Of a DNA stretch of 64,000 nt, positions 1 through 12,679 are shown in pieces (the stretch's first letter is position 1; the number at the start of each line of letters is the position of its first letter). The position numbers and the translations under genes are program-made. The stretch is from Narcine bancroftii (lineage: Eukaryota), in NCBI RefSeq assembly GCF_036971445.1, contig NC_091478.1, positions 63,984,001 through 64,048,000 of the forward strand, in the 5' to 3' direction. The notes beneath the pieces were generated by a model. It worked only from the letters and a program-made list of their open reading frames with translations, was not told where the DNA came from and did no database searches.

Positions 1-1
1 C

Positions 2-468
<467 letters not shown>

Positions 469-839
469 CGTTTAGAAAACCAAACATTGCACTGACTGTA
501 ATCTAACACTAGAAAGGGCTTGGAAATGGTCAAATAAGGAACTTAACGTCATAAAATTTGTGCAAAAAAGTTAATCACAAATTAAATCCATGCATATTCT
601 ATCCCCCATTGGAATGTATTAAATTTCTAATGAGAATTACTTGGAGGAAGCATATTTTTCCCCACCATCATCCATCCACTTGCTTTACCCCCTCACTTTT
701 TTTTTCTACCCCCCCCGTCATAATCATGTTTGAAATCAACCTTGTGTTATTTCCCCCCATTCTTTGCGAGAATTATATATACACCAAGTATCTCAGATTA
801 GATTTATTCATCTTACTCAACTCATATTATTCAACTTAC

Positions 840-940
840 TGTCCAAGAGTATCATTAAACCGAGGATCTAGTTCAATGTGGTATTTCTTGAGGTAGTCAA
901 ACAATTCATCAGTTCCCAAAACCTTGGCAATGCGAACAAG
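840..940 (-). CDS. CSNK2A2: CK2 alpha' exon 9
   Basis: [33 protein letters not shown](Q); 101 nt; AG/GT bounded. Confidence 0.97.
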
Positions 941-1071
941 CTGGAAAAGAAAAAAGGCAAAAGCTTCTTAATGAGGACTCTGCCACAAAAAGACAAATGT
1001 GATGCATTGATTTTTCTTTACATTAAAAAAAAATCACGAAAGTACAATATGATAGCTGCCTATATTCATTG

Positions 1072-1895
1072 CTAGAGACTGGCTCATGGGAACCAAGTAT
1101 CAGAACTGAGATTCAAGAGGGCTCTGAGGGCAAGGGCTCCTGAAGGCTTTTTGATCGTATCAAGGCTTGAATCTGGAGCTTGAGTTTGAACTGGAAATAT
1201 ATGCAACTGCAGAGGCTGTAGAAGTGGTTGAGGTGAATCCACTGACACACTCTCTCTGACAGGACTCTTTCTCTTGTTGTTAGGGATGCCTCTCAATACT
1301 CATGGCAACTCTGTTTGCCTTGTGGCAGACAAAAGTTGAGGTACAACCTAACCCACTGACTGCTCTTTTTGGAATTATATTTCCAGAAGTGGGACGAGTT
1401 CCCACTCCCACACATCATGTTTTATTTAAATGGAAAGATTCTAATCCATCAACTTTGACTCAATCGTTCTCTCAAATTATGTAATGTTTAAGCTTAGAGA
1501 AAGGAGTCGTACATTCGATACTTCTGTTAAGTTTGAATAATCCACATGACTGAGATGGTATTATTTTCCCTTCTGGACTATATTTAAGTTTATTTCTTTT
1601 CTCTTTGTTGGTGAAGACCAGACGATTATATTTTTTTTATTAATAAAGTTTTAGGATAGGGCTGCCCAGTCTTTTTTGTCTTAGATTTTGAAGATTTCAG
1701 TTTGAGGAGATTAGAACATATTCATTAATTGTGGTGCAAAGCAATATGTTCGATCATATGATATTTTTCCCTTTTTGATTATATACTCCTATTCTCTTCA
1801 TGCATTGTTTACCTCTATGATTAATAAAAAGATTGAAAAGAAAGAAAATTTGAAGTATATTATGCACATTACATGACAATAAAAGGAACCTTTGA
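1072..1895 (+). mobile_element. Unclassified non-coding repeat (family X) interrupted by an L1 3' end
   Basis: 1072-1330 and 1850-1895 align with 9495-9763 and 10410-10460 (GGCTCCTGAAGG, GGTGAATCCAC.GACAC, ACATGACAA.AAAAGGAAC). Confidence 0.65.
1338..1848 (+). mobile_element. 5'-truncated L1/Tx1-clade 3' end
   Basis: Decayed ORF2 C-terminus NPLTALFG...FKWKDSNPST..Q.FSQIM*CLSLEK, then 3' UTR with AATAAA and an A-rich tail. Confidence 0.65.
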
Positions 1896-2045
1896 ATATA
1901 TTGACTTTTAATATCTGGATAATCTGACTTGCCTACAAACACCATTTCTCTTTGAACAGACACTATGCGATCGACCATCTCTGCGAACTACGCGATACCA
2001 ACTATGCGATCGACCAAGCAGTTCCAGCATTTTCAGCTTTCATCA

Positions 2046-2159
<114 letters not shown>

Positions 2160-2251
2160 CTAGAAAAATATCAATCAGGAGGGTACTGGTCAGTCAGAAA
2201 AGATTTCAACAACATTTGGGATGGACCTTACACTGCAGGTGGTTGAGGAGA

Positions 2252-2420
2252 CTTTTTAAAAATTTTACTCACAGCATGGTAGAAGCCAATTCTGGCTAGT
2301 TAAACCCAAACACCCAATTATGCCCAAATTAACCAACAACCCCCTACATGGGAGGAAATCAGAGTACCTGTAAAAAAACCCATGCGCTATTATAACACTG
2401 CACTAACTGCTACACTAACT
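2252..2420 (-). mobile_element. V-SINE, internally deleted
   Basis: Shares GGGAGGAAA.CAGAG...AAAACCCATGC and CACTAAC.GCTAC with the other copies. Confidence 0.6.
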
Positions 2421-2904
2421 TTCGACACTGGTAATATCCAATGATGGGCAGACTTCATATGCCAGTTTCAACCAAACTGAAATCAAGTTTAAAAAAAACG
2501 TTTTAATATCCCAATCAACATTTCCCCCTAAATCACCCACTTTACCCATAGCACAGAAAGAGAACTTTTACAACCAAGTTCTCTCTTTTCATTCCTTCAT
2601 TGTCAGAAGTTTCAAGTTGAAAATTCACATCCACACATTACTAATCAGGCAATAACTCAACTTCTACCAAATACAAAATGTGATTCATTTGCATGAAAGG
2701 TGTGCATGAGAATGAAACTGTAAAATAGTTTGCATCCGAAATAACTATGTATGGCAAGTTAGGATTGGAAAGAAGCCACGGTCAAGAAAACCAAAAGGCA
2801 GGTAGGTCACTGGGACTGCCTCAAAATAATTCAGTCTTAGACAAAATTAGAGGATCTCAGTACTTGCATGGAGGGCAACAATGATTATAGACTGGGGACT
2901 AGAT

Positions 2905-3121
2905 CAGCCATTCTCCACAGGGGCATATGGTCCCCCTGGGGTGGGGGTCACAGGATATTTAAGGGGACCAAGGACTGAAATCAATTTATTTTTATCTAGA
3001 CTGTAGGAGAGAAATAGAGAAGAAACCAACTAAGCTTGACTGCTTCACAGGGAAGGGGGCCCATAAACTTTGAGCAGAGTCCCAAGGGGGCCATAGCCCA
3101 ACAAAAAGTTGAGAGTGGCTG
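2905..3121. mobile_element. hAT (Charlie-like) MITE
   Basis: TIRs CAGCCATTCTC / GAGAGTGGCTG; flanks GACTAGAT and GTCCAGAA resemble a decayed NTCTAGAN 8-bp TSD. Confidence 0.7.
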
Positions 3122-3205
3122 GTCCAGAAGATGAACACAAAAGCAGCCCAGGGCAGAAAGTCAGACATTGACCCCTCACTCTTCCATTTTCAGCAGAACA
3201 TTTTA

Positions 3206-3382
<177 letters not shown>

Positions 3383-3711
3383 TTAGTTGATGCAGAAAAT
3401 TTTTTAAAAATTGAAGCGCTTTTATCAAACTTACAAGTGACCACATGTGATGTGACCTCTGAAGTCTGCATATTTCAGTGTTCCAAGGTGCTCATTTAAA
3501 AGTTTCCTTCACTTTAATATTTTACTCTAAATTTATAAACTTTCTGACAACAGCTTAGTGTGACACATCAACTTAACACAATTTAATCAATACAAGACGT
3601 TCAGACATTCCCCAATCAATCAACGCTTCATTTAAAACTAACACCTCACAAGATTGATTTATATTCCTGCAGATTGCCCACTAACTGTTAAAATAGTCCA
3701 ACCTGCAGTCA

Positions 3712-3804
<93 letters not shown>

Positions 3805-4583
3805 CTAGGTGTACAAAAGTATTAAGCCATGAGCATATTTTTATGCTTTATTCAGTAGCATTTCTCTCCACCTATTCTGCTAAAAGGCAAGTGCTCCATT
3901 GTCCTGAGCTAGTCACCAACTGCTTTAAACACAGCAACCAACCTTCAGAATGGACTAATTGCCTCCAATTATCACAGATACATTAATGGGAAAGCAGCAT
4001 TTTCTGGGACTGCTGTGACCTGTATCCCTCTTCATTATAAAATCAAATTTCCTCAAAGCTCACTTTGATTAAATCTAACCGTATTAGAGGGACCTATTAC
4101 AGCTTGTTATTGGACATGTGTTGGTGTTAAATGGGAAAGGGGTCTATTCTTTTTACTATTATCAATCATATTGGCCCTAAACTTTTGCCCAGTGCATTTG
4201 CTTTCACAGCGAGAGGAAAGCACCACATTCCTGCATTGACAGAGGGCAGGGAAGAAAAGTATCTGCTCTCAGCCAGACCACCAGATGAAGCACATATTGC
4301 TTTATCCAGAAGTGAGGGGCCTGCCACCACTTGAATGTCAATCACTAGCTGGACACCCACCAAGTGATGCAAACATTGGCGTGGGAGAAGCCTGGGGCCC
4401 ACACCAATCTCTGCAGAATTATTTCCTGTCAAAGAACCATCTGTGAATGGTGGTGGTGAAGGGAAGGGCACTGACACAGCAGGGATGACCTAAAAGGGAA
4501 CAAAAGCAGAAAGAAGCTAAAAGACAAAATCAATATACAATATTCAATTGATTAGCTGGCAGAACTAATAGCTTCTGACTCAC

Positions 4584-4643
4584 CTTGAGAATTTCATACA
4601 TGTAGAACCGGATATCATAATCCACCAAGATCTGATACAGTTG
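4584..4643 (-). CDS. CSNK2A2: CK2 alpha' exon 5
   Basis: QLYQILVDYDIRFYMYEILK; 60 nt; AG/GT bounded. Confidence 0.96.
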
Positions 4644-4800
4644 CTAGACAAAGAGAGAAAAAAAGGGTGGCAGGAAGGGCAGTAGGGTCAGGTTGAAGGA
4701 AAATTCAGCACGAGTGAGTAAAAGGCTGTACAGAAACACTCACCAATCAGTAATGTCAGCAAATGCATTAACTGCACTAACTGCAAACCTGCAAGCTCAC

Positions 4801-4851
4801 CTTGAAATCAGTATTATCAATATGCTCAAAAACAAGAGCGGGAGTCCTCGA
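4801..4851 (-). CDS. CSNK2A2: CK2 alpha' exon 4 (hinge)
   Basis: SRTPALVFEHIDNTDFK; 51 nt; AG/GT bounded. Confidence 0.96.
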
Positions 4852-5585
4852 CTGCAGAAAGAACAAGATCACAGTGTAAGATACAGCACAAAGCCGATGC
4901 ATCATAAACTGCCCAAAATCTTAAATCCATTATCTACCAAAAATAGGAAATGCTACAACCAACAAAATTTATAGTATCAGAAGCCACTGTTAACTACTGA
5001 AATGGAGAATAAAAATTTTAATGTCACATCAAGGTTATTCCCTTGCTAAGCCAATGGTCCCAACTTTAAAAAATAGATTGCACAATGAATTCTCAACGGA
5101 AGTGCTTCTGTTCTGAAACCAGCTAACACCAAAGTACAACTTTAGACTTTTTTTTGCTGTGCACAAAGCCTGTGCTCCATCTTTAGCACCGATTTCCATT
5201 ACCAGTTTTCAGCCAGGGATAAAGCAGAGTTGAATGCCCTTCAGCATTGTACTTGCATTGCATACATAAAAAAGTCACATCAGCTTCTTCCAGAACATTA
5301 ACTTAACAAGATATGGCAGAAATCAAATCTTAGAAGTGGGAAGATAAATTCAAGACAATATTTTGATCCTCAAGATTAACCAAGTTCTGCAAAACAATCA
5401 GGTTTGGCTGCAACAACACATATGGAAGAGTTGGATTGCTAAGATTCTTTGATCAGGGTCACAGAAGTCTTTATTGCTTCTCATTTGGACAGATTGGTCA
5501 AGGGCAGAATATGGGGGTATTGGAGGGGGTGCCTGCAGTGGAAAGGCATACCAGTGGGATTTGATTATTGATGGTTCTGGTATAT

Positions 5586-5978
5586 TACATTTCCCCATAT
5601 CTGAGGTTCTGAAAACCAAAAAGATCCCAAAACTGAACTTTTTTTGCAGCACCATCATGACATCACAAGTTGAAAAAGATCACCCGATTTGTCCATTGTT
5701 AATGAGGCAGACGGCACTGGAGGAAACATCTGAAAAAGCCATCAGGAGAATTTCTAGTGTTTGGTGCTGCATTTATCTTATTTTGTAAGCAGAGATGAAG
5801 TTTTTTTTGGTCCATATTAAACGTTACTTCATGCTCGAAAAACCTGCTGCTGTTTTTTTCGTTGTTGTTTAACTGCTGATACAAATATTCCTGCTGATGC
5901 CAGAGCTGCTTAGAGCCATTGTTCCAATAACCAAAAAACATCCAGTCCCAAGCGTTTAGGATGTGGGAAAGCGAACTG
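5586..5978. mobile_element. Tigger/pogo-type (MER46/Tigger4-like) MITE remnant
   Basis: Left end (...AAAACTGAACTTTTTT...CATGACATCACAAGTTGAAAA) and right end (CCAGTCCCAAGCGTTTAGGATGTGGGAAA) resemble MER46 termini as I recall them; the ends are imperfect inverted repeats. Confidence 0.55.
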
Positions 5979-6339
5979 ACTGTTCTATTCAGGCAAGCAG
6001 AATATTTGGGTCTGCCTTCTTTGAAAGGGCTCAGATCATGCAGAATCAAATGCAACCTGTTTCTCTGGTGATATGTTACTTGCCAGCCAATGGGGCAGGT
6101 GTATTTTGACCTATTTATTGAGGCTAGAATAGGAAGAGGTGACACACAGGGGTTTGCCAAAGATGAGCACTCATTCCATAATGTTGAAGTCAACACAATG
6201 AAGCACAAAAGACAATGGAGTCTGGGAGACTCAACAAGTTTAAATAACAATTCTGAAACCAAGGAAAAGACAAAGTAATAACATCTCATCTCCTCAAATC
6301 ATTTCACTCAGGGAATTGACAGGCTTGGCAAACATCCAC

Positions 6340-6589
6340 TTTTTAGACATAACAGCACGGCAACAGACCATTTCAGCCCACAAGTCTGTGCTGCCCAATT
6401 TACACCCAATTAACCTACACCCCTGGTAAGTATCTAACACTGGGGGGAAACCAGAGCCCCCGTGGAAAACCCACGAAGACACAGGGAGAATGGACAAATT
6501 TCTTATAGACAGGGCAGGATTTGAACCCCGGTCTTGATCGCTGGCACTGTAAAAGCATTGCGCTAACCGCTATGCCAAATGTGCTGCCC
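6340..6589 (-). mobile_element. V-SINE
   Basis: Colinear with 232-468 over its full length. Confidence 0.8.
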
Positions 6590-6630
6590 TCAGTTTACTT
6601 TTAATGTGGAGAAAAAGTCAAGTTACTCAC

Positions 6631-6732
6631 CACAGGGTCCTTTACCACATCTAGCAGCTTGATGATATTGGGACCCCCACGGAGGTTTTCCAGTATCTTG
6701 ATTTCTCGCTTTATTTTCTTCTTTTTTACAGG
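6631..6732 (-). CDS. CSNK2A2: CK2 alpha' exon 3 (basic cluster, helix C)
   Basis: [34 protein letters not shown]; 102 nt; AG/GT bounded. Confidence 0.97.
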
Positions 6733-7249
6733 CTGCAAAGTTACAAGATATTTTTGAATACTACCCAATTAGAGAATAACATGCAGACTGGGTTATCACT
6801 CTGAAGGAAGCTAGTGACATTTTCTATAGAGCTTGGAACAGCTCAAACCAGGCCCTTAAGTCTTACCTCAACCAGTAATGAAGCAACAATCACAGTATTA
6901 CACAAATAATGAAAACCATTTAATTTATTCTGAAAGATGCAAACTACAAAACCATGAGGCCCAAATTGGCAGCTGTAGATTGAAAATGAATTAAAAATAA
7001 CAATAAATAAGCAATGACTAATACTTCAAGAATAAGATTACAAGTCATACATTCAAAAACAATTTCCTACTATATTTTTTAAACCATCACATTAAAGATT
7101 GCACAATAATATAAGGAAAACACTTGCGAGGTTACTAAAGACAGGAGTAAGCACAAAGATTGAAAGATTTCAAAATTCAGAAGATCACCAAGAAATTAAT
7201 AAGGAGAAAACAGAACACAAGGGGCAGAAGCTGACAGGAAACTAAGCTT

Positions 7250-7750
7250 CTAAAGATACATGATCCTTAGCAGATGTTAATGCAAGTGTGGAACAAGAAA
7301 ACAAGATATGTGGGTGTGCAGAAGGTCCTGGTTGTCCTTTATAAAATGTATCTGGAAAGTTAACATGTAGGTAACAACAGCAATTGGCTTTTGTTGCAAA
7401 AGGAATTAAGTAAAAGAGTAGAAACATACAGTTTTAGTGAGATCAAATCTGGAATATTGTGGGCACATCTGTTCCCTGAAGAAAAGATTGACTTGCAATA
7501 GGACTCTAGCGATAGATCAACAGATTGATTCTTGGGAGGTTTGTCCTACAGGGAGAGATTAAGGTGGCCAAGCCAACACTTAAGGGTTTAAAAATTACAA
7601 ATGATCTCAATGAGATGAACAAAATTCTTACAAGAGTTGAAAGTCAGATGCAGTTAATGCTTCCCTTGGCTGAGGTGTTTTGACCAAAAAATACTCAAAA
7701 TGCTAGCCAGTGAAGGCAAATGAAAAAAGGTTTGCCATACCCATAGTAAT
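7250..7750 (+). mobile_element. Decayed CR1 LINE
   Basis: Typical CR1 RT 3' region wording (GGAATATTGTG...TTGTCCTACAGGGAGAGATT...GATCTCAATGA...AAAATTCT). Confidence 0.55.
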
Positions 7751-7777
7751 CTACCATCATTAGGGAGAAACTATTAG

Positions 7778-7990
7778 TTTAATTTACAGCACAGTAGCAG
7801 TCTTTCTGACTCAGGAGCTCCTGCTGCGCAAATTCACTCATGTGACCAATTAACCTACTAATGCCACAAGTCTTTAGAATAGAACCAGAATATCCAGAGG
7901 AAAACCACGCAACACACAGGGCGAATGTACAAACCCAGGTTGCTGGCACTGCAATAGTGTTATGCTAATCAAGACACTAACTGTCCTGCC
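7778..7990 (-). mobile_element. V-SINE, diverged
   Basis: CCAATTAACCTAC...AACCAGA...AAAACCACGC...GTACAAAC motifs as in the other copies. Confidence 0.6.
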
Positions 7991-9419
7991 ATGTTAGCTG
8001 TTACTGACAGCCCCAGACTGTTATTCCTGGAATCAGATGCACAGCATATCCATTAACCAACTTCACACAGCTGTACCATTTCTTTGTGAACCAGGACTAA
8101 TTCAGCTGCTTTGCATATCCCTGGAAGGCTCATATAATTAAAATTACAATATTTCAAGGAGTAATTAATAATTTTGGTTTATAGAACATACTGAGATTAG
8201 ATGGCTGAAGTGGTGAATTCTTTGTGATGTTCTGGTGAAAGAATGGCACCAGCATCTCAGTACACTTTCTAAAAAGGTGCTATGGTGACAGCATTTATAA
8301 ACAATCAGCTGAAGGCAAAAAGCCAGTCCCTAACATGTACAAAGTACATAGTAATTATAAAGCTGAAAACAGTCTTTATAGGGATGCCAAATCTGACTGA
8401 TGCAAGCAAACCAGCTCCTTGCAGCTGTAACAATTTTATTCTATTTGTCAAACATGGCATACCTGACAAATTAACCATTTCCACACAATTAATGCCAGTA
8501 AACAGCACTCTTCCAGGTGCAAAGAGAATAGTTTAGATGGAAAACAGTGGGAGAATGAGACTGATGGGAATGCTCCAAGAAACAATAGTTGTGATCGGCC
8601 AATAGGCTTCCTTATAGATTGGAAAAAAACATGAAAAACTAAACCTTTCTACTTCAATGTGAAATGATTGGTTCAAGAACCATTCTGCCTAAAATGGTAT
8701 CTGATCCTTTTAATTAAGGCAACGGTCCAGATAAACCATGTATGTCTATTTAATGTTCCAGAAGATGAACTTTTGTTTTTAAACTTAACTAACTATTCTG
8801 ATCTATACCTCAACCACCTTCAGGGTGAAACATTCACATATTGATCCTACATTTTTTTTCATGTTTTGAAGTTCACATTTCAAAATATGTCCCCTTTTTC
8901 AAAGAAAACACCAAATTCTGAATTTTGCAATAGTTGGAAAATCTCCCCACAAAGATCAAGCCAATCACTTTAGAGCTGATTTCAATTTTTCCAACACTGC
9001 CTAAAATCAGGTATCAAACAAATATCCAGTCTGAAGAAATGCCAAACATTAGTGAAATTGAAAAGTTGTAACTAATACTTTAAATATTTCAGTGTTAATC
9101 AAAGATGGGCTCATATACGGTAAAGGACAAATTGAAATACCAGGTAAACAAAATCCCTTCCACTTTGGGCTGTTTACTTCCACTTTGGAAGTTGCAATCA
9201 AAGTTATTCTGTTTCAGGGCAGAAACTTGTACATCATTAAACAAATGGGCATGTGTCTGAATAACTTTCAAATACTTGAAGTGCTGGTCAATGATTTTGG
9301 TAGAAAACACTGCAAAACATCACAGCCACTTGCACACATGAAGAATAGGAGAGTTAGGAAAGGAGACCTCCCATTATCAGGATGATAACCTTATTATTGT
9401 CAGAAGTTTCTCTACAATG

Positions 9420-10465
9420 ACCCTCGTGGTTACTACTGGGTACCAGAAATGAAGGAAGGGAGGATTCCCCCATTTGAGAAAGGCTCAGCCGCAGGTGGCT
9501 GGTTCATGGTTACCAGCTATCAGGTGCTAAGGGCAAGTATGGCTCCTGAAGGGCCTTGGGTGCTGAAAGCCTCCAGATGAAATCTGGATCTAGACCTTGG
9601 GTTACCAATGAATTGAGGCTGCAGAGACTGCGAGAGTGCTAGGGGTGAATCCACAGACACTCAGTGTCTCAGAAAGTGTCTCTCTTTTGCTTCTCTTTCT
9701 CCTATTATTATTGGAAATGCCAATGGAGACTCTTTGGCTTTTACAGCAAAGCTGAAGTATATCTGTAATGGAGAGATCATGGTCACCACATGGTGGCACT
9801 GCCAGGCTCCTATTTGGAGGACACCGCATGCCAATCGAGGACTGACCAGCCCCAAGCCATCAAGGTGACCCGTTCAAATTACCAGTACTGGGCTCCAGGC
9901 AGCCTGCCTGGACTTAGCCTTGATGTTCACCTAATTGGCCCAGGTGAATCACCTGGTCTGAGCCTGCCAAGCCCCTGCACTTGGTCATAGCAGCCAAAGG
10001 GGCCCAGCCTGCCCCCGAGTGATTGGCCTCCCAATACCTGCTGCAGGATTATAAAGGATCATGCTTTCCTTTGCTCTCTTTTGACTCCTCATGGCCCATG
10101 AGTATCACCTTCTGTATTGGATTGGGGTGAGTCCAGAAGCCAGTTAGCTAGAGCAGTGTCCGAACAGGGCAAGGGTAGGGGCACGTAACCGTGATCTGAT
10201 TGTTTACTGTTTGTGCTATTCCTAGGTTTTGCCGGCTTTCCCTCATTACCCGCAGTGCACATTCATCCCCTTGTGAACGGTGTTTAAATTAATTTAGGGT
10301 TTATAGTCAGTGTTTCCTCTGCATCTCTTCAGAATAAACTTGTGCTTTGTACCTCTATCTCGGTTTGGTTCTTAACATGTGGGACCGACACGAACTTTCA
10401 CTTATAACAATATCGTTTATATTACACACTTTGTATTATTACATGACAACAAAAGGAACTGTGGT
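9420..10465 (+). mobile_element. Second copy of family X, interrupted by a solo LTR
   Basis: Homologous to 1072-1895 on both sides of the LTR. Confidence 0.6.
9764..10409 (+). mobile_element. Solo LTR (646 bp)
   Basis: TGTAAT...ATAACA termini, perfect 5-bp TSD ATATC (9759-9763 and 10410-10414), TATAAA near 10050, AATAAA at 10333. Confidence 0.9.
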
Positions 10466-11414
10466 CCTTGTGTTAGCTTGGTTGAAATTACACTTATTTT
10501 TGTGACTCACTTGCATTTTGTTCAAAGAGCGATGTACATTAGCAGTATTGCTTACAGCCTTGCAATTAGAAGCTGTCTAGTTATCTTAGATTTAGACGGT
10601 AGTTATTTAGAACAATTGTACTGAATCCAACCTTGCTCACTTCACACTATTTTCTAGATTTCCTAGCACTGCATTAAGGACACAACATAGCAAGCTTGAC
10701 AAACTGCCAAAGGACAAAATGGTGTCAAAATGCTTCACTTTTCCTCTGCATTTTAACTAAGGTATTTCAAGAATTGATTTAGTTGGGAAAATAAACCAAA
10801 TATCTCATGATACAAACTCCATTTTCCTCGCATTTCTTTGCTTACATTAGCCATCATGTTACTGATCTTTAGACCTGCTTCAATTAAATTTGGCACATGC
10901 AAGAAGTCTCAATTTTATCTCACACAGAAAAAAAACAAAATGCTTTGTAAATATAGATGAAACAAATACAACAACAGTGGATGATTTAAAATATGAATTG
11001 GTAACCTGAAACAAACAGCATTACTTTATTCTTGTATCTGTCATTAAACTGTCGACTACAATCTTTAAACGGTTTACTGCTTTCCAATTTAAAGGATTTC
11101 CTACCGAGATCTCAATTAACCTGCCACAGTGCATGCCGCGTTACCCAATGCCAGTCCACATTTGTTCTGCATCCCAGAATCATTTGAAAGAAACATTCTT
11201 CTGATGGAGTCAACTGTTCACTGTAGGAAGGCTCCATGGGTGATCAATGCTCTCTACTATTAACACCACTCAATCATGTGAACCTTCACGGTGAATGTCA
11301 ACAGGCTAAACATTCCGATAAAGGATCAAACCAGAGCTTAATCCTGCACTCATTCACACTACACACAATGTAACTAAAATAATTCCATCCCTTGGCCTCT
11401 GTACTAGCTGATAT

Positions 11415-12045
11415 CTTTGGCTTGGCTTCGCGGACGAAGATTTATGGAGGGGGTAAAAAGTCCACGTCAGCTGCAGGCTCGTTTGTGGCTGACAAGTCCG
11501 ATGTGGGACAGGCAGACACGATTGCAGCGGTTGCAGGGGAAAATTGGTTGGTTGGGGTTGGGTGTTGGGTTTTTCCTCCTTTGCCTTTTGTCAGTGAGGT
11601 GGGCTCTGCGGTCTTCTTCAAAGGAGGTTGCTGCCCGCCAAAATGTGAGGCGCCAAGATGCACGGTTTGAGGCGTTATCAGCCCACTGGCGGTGGTCAAT
11701 GTGGCAGGCACCAAGAGACTTCTTTAGGCAGTCCTTGTACCTTTTCTTTGGTGCACCTCTGTCACGGTGGCCAGTGGAGAGCTCGCCATATAACACGATC
11801 TTGGGAAGGCGATGGTCCTCCATTCTGGGTAGAGGACCGAATCATGGGTCCTCTACCGGCACCACCTACGGCTCCTAGAACGCTTCCACCAGCGTTGTCT
11901 CCGCTCCATCCTCAACATCCATTGGAGCGCTTACATCCCTAACGTCGAAGTACTCGAGATGGCAGAGGTCGACAGCATCGAGTCCACGCTGCTGAAGATC
12001 CAGCTGCGCTAGATGGGTCACGTCTCCAGAATGGAGGACCATCGC
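11415..12045 (-). mobile_element. RTE-clade LINE, truncated, with 5' inversion
   Basis: C-terminal RLPKIVLYGEL...CNRCNRVC...SH; 11-bp TSD CTAGCTGATAT (11404-11414 and 12046-12056); about 11842-12045 is inverted. Confidence 0.95.
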
Positions 12046-12679
12046 CTAGCTGATATACATCATGATTAAACAATACAAATTTTTTTCTTTTCCTAGCTGA
12101 TATGCTAATAAAGATTTATTTTTTATGAATTTAATTTTATTCTTAAAGAAAACAAATGTAATATTTTCCAATGGAACGAGTCATTGACATCTATTCCCAA
12201 GTCCTATACAGAGCAAAATAGGTCTTCACTAAGTAATATACATGCCAAAACTGGAGATTTTGTTGGCTTCAATTATCAGTCACTCTGAGGTTTAGATGAA
12301 AATTACAACATACCCAAATTTTTGATGATACGAGAGTAGAGGTAAAGTTGACTACAAGAAGGATGAAGATTTAAACAATTTAAGCAAGTGGAAAAGTGGA
12401 AAGCAACGTGGAAAATTGAGGTTATTCCTTTTGGTTAGAATGAAGAAACTATGCTGGAAACCCAATGGAACTTTGTCTGTTAGTCCATTATTCCAGCATC
12501 CAAGATGACAAGTCGACATGCCTCAACAACTATTGGTTGGTGGCATTGAGAACTGCCATGATGAAATGCTGAGAGGTTGGTTATGTAGCAGATCAACTCT
12601 CAGAAAGGATATAGATCAATTTCAATTTGCTTTTCATCACAACAGGGCAATGATCTCACGAAGTTAGATCACCTAAACC

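Noticed and set aside
5699-6289. 196-aa ORF with a hydrophobic N-terminus inside CSNK2A2 intron 3 (possible nested gene or env fragment)
   Set aside because: No recognisable domain; its 3' half runs through a Tigger-like MITE remnant, so it is most likely a chance frame.
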